The position numbers and the translations under genes are program-made. From Octopus vulgaris (lineage: Eukaryota): 64,000 nt of DNA. The notes under the pieces were generated by a model, which made no database searches, was not told the origin of the DNA, and saw only the letters and a program-made list of their open reading frames with translations. Positions 57,819 through 64,000 of the stretch are shown one piece after another. The stretch's first letter is position 1. Every line of letters starts with the position of its first letter. The stretch is taken from NCBI GenBank assembly GCA_951406725.2, contig OX597827.1, positions 36,022,001-36,086,000 on the forward strand, given 5' to 3'.

Positions 57819-59185
57819 GACTACATTAGCTAACGTCTCTCCTCTGAAGAGGGAAATTTAACAATTTCTAGCATGTCGTTAGCTCTTTATGACGGCAGTT
57901 TAGTCGTTATGAATATGCACGCGCACGCATTATCGAGGTCGGGGTAGAGATCGTTTTGCTGGTGTTGGTGTGATAACGCTCAGAAAACGTGTTGTTGGAA
58001 GGTGGAGAGGGAGTTAGCCGTGTAGTAGTGATGATAGTGTTGGTGATTGAGGTGGTGGTTGTGGTAATGTAACTGCGAACAGAAATATGGTGGAGTGGGT
58101 GTCAGGATGGGGATTAGAATTGAGAGTAAGTTTTAATTCGAAGCACTAAACTGGAGGGCTTTTAATCAAATGATTCAGTAATGATTTTTTTACTCATAGC
58201 ATGGGAGAGCATCATCATTTTCTTTATGTTGAAAGACAAGATTTATTTGTTACGCTCAATACTTCAATCAGTCCCATGATACTCGGTTTGTTTCTGTCTC
58301 TTTCTTTCCCATTTGTTTCTTCATTCAATACAACTTTAGAAAATCGTATGCTTCTTCTTTTTCTTTTATACCTTTCTTTAGTTTTCTTAATCTAAAGATT
58401 TCTTTCACACGGGGCATTAAGGACATTGCTTTTTTTTTATTATTTGTAATGCATTCATTCATTTTAATTATGGCTAATAAAAAGTGAATCGTAGCATGTA
58501 TTTGTGCTCATGTACATGTATGTGTATTTACGTTTTCATATTGATATTGAAATACGCTGGTAGTCTGCGTGTCTGTGATATATGCATATCTTCATGATGC
58601 GCGACTTCGTGATATTTTAGAGATGTGAGATTTTATGTGTGAGCGTGTGTATACGAAAGTCCATATGTTAGCGATGTAGTTAAGTTAGGTGAAAGAAGAG
58701 AATTCTCGTCTCTTGATGGATTATCTCGGTTTGTATAAATACTAAGGTTATAGCTAACAACAGATAACTGTCACATCAAGATGGCTAAGCCTGCGCTTAA
58801 TGTGCAGGAATTTCTGTGTGCATCAGCCTGTGCGTGTTAAGGTTTTCACCTCTTTTGATGTCAAGAAAGCCAGAAATAGTAGTGAAGTCAATAAGCTATG
58901 TAGGCTAACATTACTAATCCATCAGATTGAAAATTTTCGGGCTGACATACTGTAAAATATAACAGTCTGTGATGGAATGTATGAAGATAATCTCTCCTAC
59001 ATCCTCAACAAAGTTGCTTCATTTGTTCAATGTAGCAGCATTCTTTAAAGTAAGGACCCCTTCAGAGCTAATTCAATAAACAATATCTTTTATCTGTTAC
59101 TTGTTTCAGTCATTAGACTGCAGTCATGCTGGAGCACCGCCTTGAAGAATTTTAAGTCAAATGAATCAACCCCAGTACTTTTTGC

Positions 59186-59601
59186 GGATCTTTTCGGTTC
59201 GAACGGCAGTTTTTTTCTAGCGGTGTCATATGAAATTGTCACCCATAATTATGACCCTAGTATCGATCTATTGCCTTTCAAGCTGTTTTAGGGTTAGGGT
59301 TAGGGGTGGGGGAAGGGTATCTTTTTTTCTTCAGAAATGTCAATAAACCCAATCTGTTTCTTAAACGAGACATATTCATACAGTACAGAATGTTTTCAAC
59401 TCAATAGACGTCATTGATTGGTTGAAATTGCAGAAATTGAAGAAAAAACCACAACAAATATCTTACAAACTATAGAATTTTCTCAATAAAGTCAAGAGAA
59501 AAAGATGTTTTATAAACACATTCTACCAGTATACAAAGTTTAAAAGTGTTTAGTTACGTGGAAATTATTTTAAAACACTGCCGTTCAAACCGAAAAGATC
59601 C
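59186..59601. mobile_element. Merlin-like MITE
   Basis: TIRs ggatcttttcggttcgaacggcag / ctgccgttcaaaccgaaaagatcc; perfect 8-bp TSD CTTTTTGC. Confidence 0.9.
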
Positions 59602-61659
59602 CTTTTTGCTGAATCACTAAGTCACAGAGAAGTAAACACACCAGCACTGGCAGGGCACAAACACGCGCATACACACTTATATATGCAATGCGTTTCTTTC
59701 AGTTTCCACTCAAGGCTTTTGTTGCTTAAGGTGCCACTTAGTGCGACTGAACATGAACCATGTTGTTGGGAAGCCAACTTCTTATCACACATATATACAT
59801 ATCCACAATAAAATTGGAATGACTTTGGCTACAAACACTCATCAACCACAATCAACACCACCACACACTCTATATCGACAAATTACCCTATCTTTTTTCA
59901 AATATTTATTCACAAGAAATTGATACTTTGGTCTACTTACACTTCCTATCTAAATTTCACTGGTTGGATTAGATGCTTCATGGAATTTGTTTTGATTCTT
60001 TTGCATTCTGCATTCAAATCCTGCTGTGTCCTACTTAGGTGGTAGTCTTAATTCATTGCGCAGTTTAGCACCACCACCATCACCACCAGACTCCTTAGGT
60101 GCCTTTAGTAGAGTCCAATCTGTTGCAAGCATTTGAAACAGGTATCTGGTCTGAGGAAACCTTTCCCTCTCACAGCTACCAATCTTGAAGACTCTGTAAA
60201 AGTCATAAAGTACTGCCTTTCTTTTGACTATAAAGGAAAAAAACCCACCTCAACATAGATGCTCAACCTGCCAAAAATAGCAGCTAAAACTTATTCAAAT
60301 CAGACACTAATATGTTCACAAAAAAAGGAAAAGAAAAATCAGAGATAATGTGATTACAGATACAATGTGTTTGAGAAACCAAAGATGGGATAGTCACAGC
60401 TGGACTGCTTTTTAATCATAGATCTGTGTAATCAAAGCTGATCAATGGATAAACAGCATCAACAATAACCTGTACAGGTTTATCTCATTTCATATCTACA
60501 GTTAAATGTTCTAAAGAATCTCACTCCCCAATAATCACTCACATGATGTATTTTTTTTTCCTCAAGCCCTAGGACTCATAATACCAGTTTTCATGGTGTA
60601 TAAGAGACCAAGATCCCAGTATGCCCTCTGAAGAGGCCATTGGTCTATTGCAGGTTCCAAAGCCAGTAATTTTGAGGAGAGGGTGCAAATCAATTACAGT
60701 GACCCTACAGGGATGAAAAGCAAAGTTGACTGCTGTAAGATTTGAACTCAAAACTTAAAGAGCCAGAGAATATATCTCTAAGAATTTTTGTCCAATGTGC
60801 TAATGATTCAGCTAGCTCACTACCTTATAATACATGATGTGCCCTTGAAGCTCATCCACTGTAAAACTAGTGGATGACCAACACCTCTCTGTACTCTCCT
60901 ATTAGGTGGCCACACTAACTGTGGAATCATTCCAGCCAGCTGCATCATGAGCTAATGAAATAACTGTTAGGTATACAAGATTCTTGCTGGCCACAATGAG
61001 GGAGTGTACTTCACCATATTAACTACTTTTACAGCTAGATAAGCTGGGAAAGCAATATGTTAAGTGTCTTTAATATATGGCTTTTAAACATAGTCCAGAA
61101 CAAAGAGAGTGACTGGAAATAAATTAGCACTTTAGATCTGAAGCCATCATCTTAACTAGGCCAGCAGCATCTCATAAAATATTATTTGCTATTGATTATT
61201 AGTTTGTTGTAAAGATTTAACATTCAACTCATGAACCAGTTATTCACAGATACACACACACACACACATACATAAAAAGCATGAGTCTGGAAATAATGAA
61301 CATTAACTTTTATCACTTACTTCACAATATGGATTATCCATTGGAATCTATCATATAACATTCAATTATTTCAGAACAGAATTTTCAGGCTTGTCTTTTA
61401 TTTCAATACTGCTTTTTTAATGGATCTGTTGGTTGTTCCATCACCTCCAGCACCAATCCCATTAAACTTCAACAGCCAAGCTATCATTCATACAATACCA
61501 CACTAAAAGCATTTCAGGCTTACCAGGCATTGTTTTATGTTTGCATTTACAGTGTGCCACAAACTGTATTTCCTCCATAACATAAATATGCTACTTAGAT
61601 GAAAAGAGAAAAAATGGTGGTAGAACATAAGCATACCTTTATCTAACATGGTTGTGTTA

Positions 61660-63810
61660 AGCAAATCTGCAATTTTGATGGAAGTAGGTTAGTTAATTAC
61701 ACTGACCCCAGTACTTGACTGGTACATTATTTTATCAACCCCGAAGGGATAAAAGGTAAAGTCAATCTCAGCATAATAAGACAGAGGAAATATTGCAAAA
61801 CATTTTCACCTTTGCTCTAAAGATTTTGCCAGCTTGCCACACTTATAGTTTCAAACTTTGGTAAAGGCCAGAAATTTTGAGAGTCAGGAGTTGGTTACAT
61901 TGACTCCAGTGCTCAACTGTTACTCATTTTATTGATCCCAAAAGGATGAAAGACAAAACTAACCATGACAGTATTGGAACTGAGAACATAAAAAATCCAG
62001 AAGAAAAGCTGCTGTTAAGTATTTTGTTTGTCCACACACTAATGATTCTGCCAGCTTTCCAAACACAAAGCCAACAGTTTTGAAGAGAGCTGGTTAGTAG
62101 ATACTACCAACCCCAGTATTTGACTGGTACTTTATTTTGTTGACCCACAAAACGCCAAGTTGTCCTCAATGGAATTTGAACCCATAACATAGAGAGCTTG
62201 AACAAGTGTGGCAAGACAGTTTTTACCAATGCTCTAATGATTCTGCCAATCTATTGCCCTTCTTACAATGCTTTCTAATTTAGACACAAAGCCAAAAATT
62301 TAGAGGGAAGGGGCAAGTTGATACCATTGATTCCAATATGTTGCTGGTACTTTGTTTTATTGACCCCAAATGGATAAAACATAAAGTTGACCTAAGTAGG
62401 ATTTGAAACCAGAACATGTGTTCTAAGAAATACTGCAGTGCATTTTGTCCAGGACTAACAATTCAGCTAGCAAGCTGCCTTGATAAAAATAACATTGGTA
62501 GTGTTTAAAGCCTCATTAAGTGTTATTAATAATCCTTTCTACTGAAAGCACAAGGCCTCAAATTTGAGGTAAGGGATTATGTCGATTACATCGACCCCAG
62601 TGTGTAACTGGTACTTATTTAATTGACTCCAAAAGGATGAAAGGCAAAGTCAAGCTCAGCAGAATTTGAACTCAGAACGTAGCGACAGACAAAATACCAC
62701 TAAGCATTTTGCCTGGCATACTAACAATTCTGCCAGCTTGCTGCCTTAAGTGTTAATAATAATAATGGTAGTGTTATGGATAGCCTGTAAGACTATCTGA
62801 ATGGCACACCTAACAAAAAAATTTATTTTAATAGCATGCTCTAACAAACAATGTCTTATGTGGCTGGCTTCTCAAAAAAGGTTGCCCATGCATTTGAATT
62901 CAGAATAAAAAGATGGATGAAATGCTGCTAAGCATTTTGCCCAGTGTGCTAATGATTCTGCCAGCTTGCTGCCTTAATATAAATGATAATAATAATTTCA
63001 AATGATAATAGAGTAGACACTAAAGAAATCAAGAAAATTGAGGAATATGAGGACCTAACCAGAGAGATGGCAAGAGTGAGGAAGACAAAAACAATTATTC
63101 CTGCGGTAATTGGTGCACTTGACACAAATCCCAGACTGCTACCTAAGAGGCGGAATGATATTGGAATTGAGATTTTCTCTGCTGAATTGCAGAAAAGTGC
63201 AATCTTGTATTCTGCAAGAATCTTTAGAAAGATTCTTGAGATCTGATGAGACATGTTGTCAACAAACCTCAAACTATTACATGCTAGCTAAACTAGCATG
63301 TAATAGTTTTAATAACAATAATAATAGTCCTTTCTACTAAAGGCACAAGGGCTGAAATTTAAGGGATCGGGATAGTCAGATACATTGACCTTGGTGGGAT
63401 GGAAGACAAAGTCAACCTCGGCAGAATATGAACCCAGAACGCAGCATTCGTCCAGTGTGCTAACAATTCTGCCAATTCACTGCCTTATATAATAATAATA
63501 ATAATAATAGTAATAATAATAACAATTATCATTATTATTATTACAATTGTTCCTAATTTAGACAGAAAGGCAAAGTTGACCTTTGTGGGATTTGAACCTA
63601 GAACATAAAGAGCTGGAAGAAATGCTGCTAAGCATTTTGGTGGGATGGGCTAGGAGATTATATTGGCCCCAGGACTCAACTGGTATTTATTTTATCAACC
63701 ATGAAAGGTAAAAGCAACCATGGTAGCAATTGATCCCAAAATATAAAGCTGGAAGAAATGCCACAAAACACTTTGCCTGACACGCTAACAATTCTGCTAG
63801 TCCACCACCC

Positions 63811-63854
<44 letters not shown>

Positions 63855-64000
63855 TTAATAATAATTACAACAACAACAACAACAATAATCCTTTCTACAA
63901 TGGGCACAAAGCCTGAAATTTAAGGGGACTGGGTTAGTCAATTACGTTCGCCCAGGGCGCAACTGGAACTTATTTTATTGAACCTGGAAGGATGAAAGGC
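61660..64000 (-). mobile_element. Cluster of SINE family B copies, all on the minus strand (other copies ~6960-7170 and 60650-60826 -; 9430-9640, 23935-24150, 39572-39790, 44782-45010 +)
   Basis: Repeated gaccccag...ctggtact...ggatgaaaggcaaagtc...gaatttgaactcagaac...gattctgccagct, separated by (AAT)n. Confidence 0.85.
62995..63310 (+). mobile_element. 3' end of an R4/Dong-like (RLE endonuclease) non-LTR retrotransposon
   Basis: KIEEYEDLTREMAR...IIPAVIGAL...ELQKSAILYSARIFRKIL; embedded in (AAT)n. Confidence 0.75.

Noticed and set aside
58781-58840. ATG in good context (MAKPALNVQEFLCASACAC*)
   Set aside because: Only 19 codons, with no clear donor and no recognisable homology.

Overview
AT-rich, repeat-dense eukaryotic DNA. 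The SINE, LINE and microsatellite landscape suggests a coleoid cephalopod, probably an octopus (inference). The only host protein gene I can support is a 5-exon centrin (CETN1/2-type, 169 aa) on the minus strand. Its ATG-only exon 1 is at 17159-17161 and its stop is at 576-578. The rest is mostly tRNA-derived SINEs, RTE, CR1 and R4/Dong LINE fragments, Penelope elements, mariner/Tc1/pogo, hAT, piggyBac-like and 8-bp-TSD (Merlin-like) MITEs, a MULE and a composite Helitron, often nested. Most notable: (1) a ~290-bp retroposon with a 12-bp TSD that joins a Pol III tRNA-like head to a minimal hammerhead ribozyme, present twice in centrin introns; (2) about 9 hammerhead-like motifs in total, including a spacer-less 157-bp palindrome of two; (3) a 38-bp-phased tandem re-duplication of the centrin C-terminus and stop codon in its 3' UTR; (4) CpG domains that hint at unannotated transcription units.
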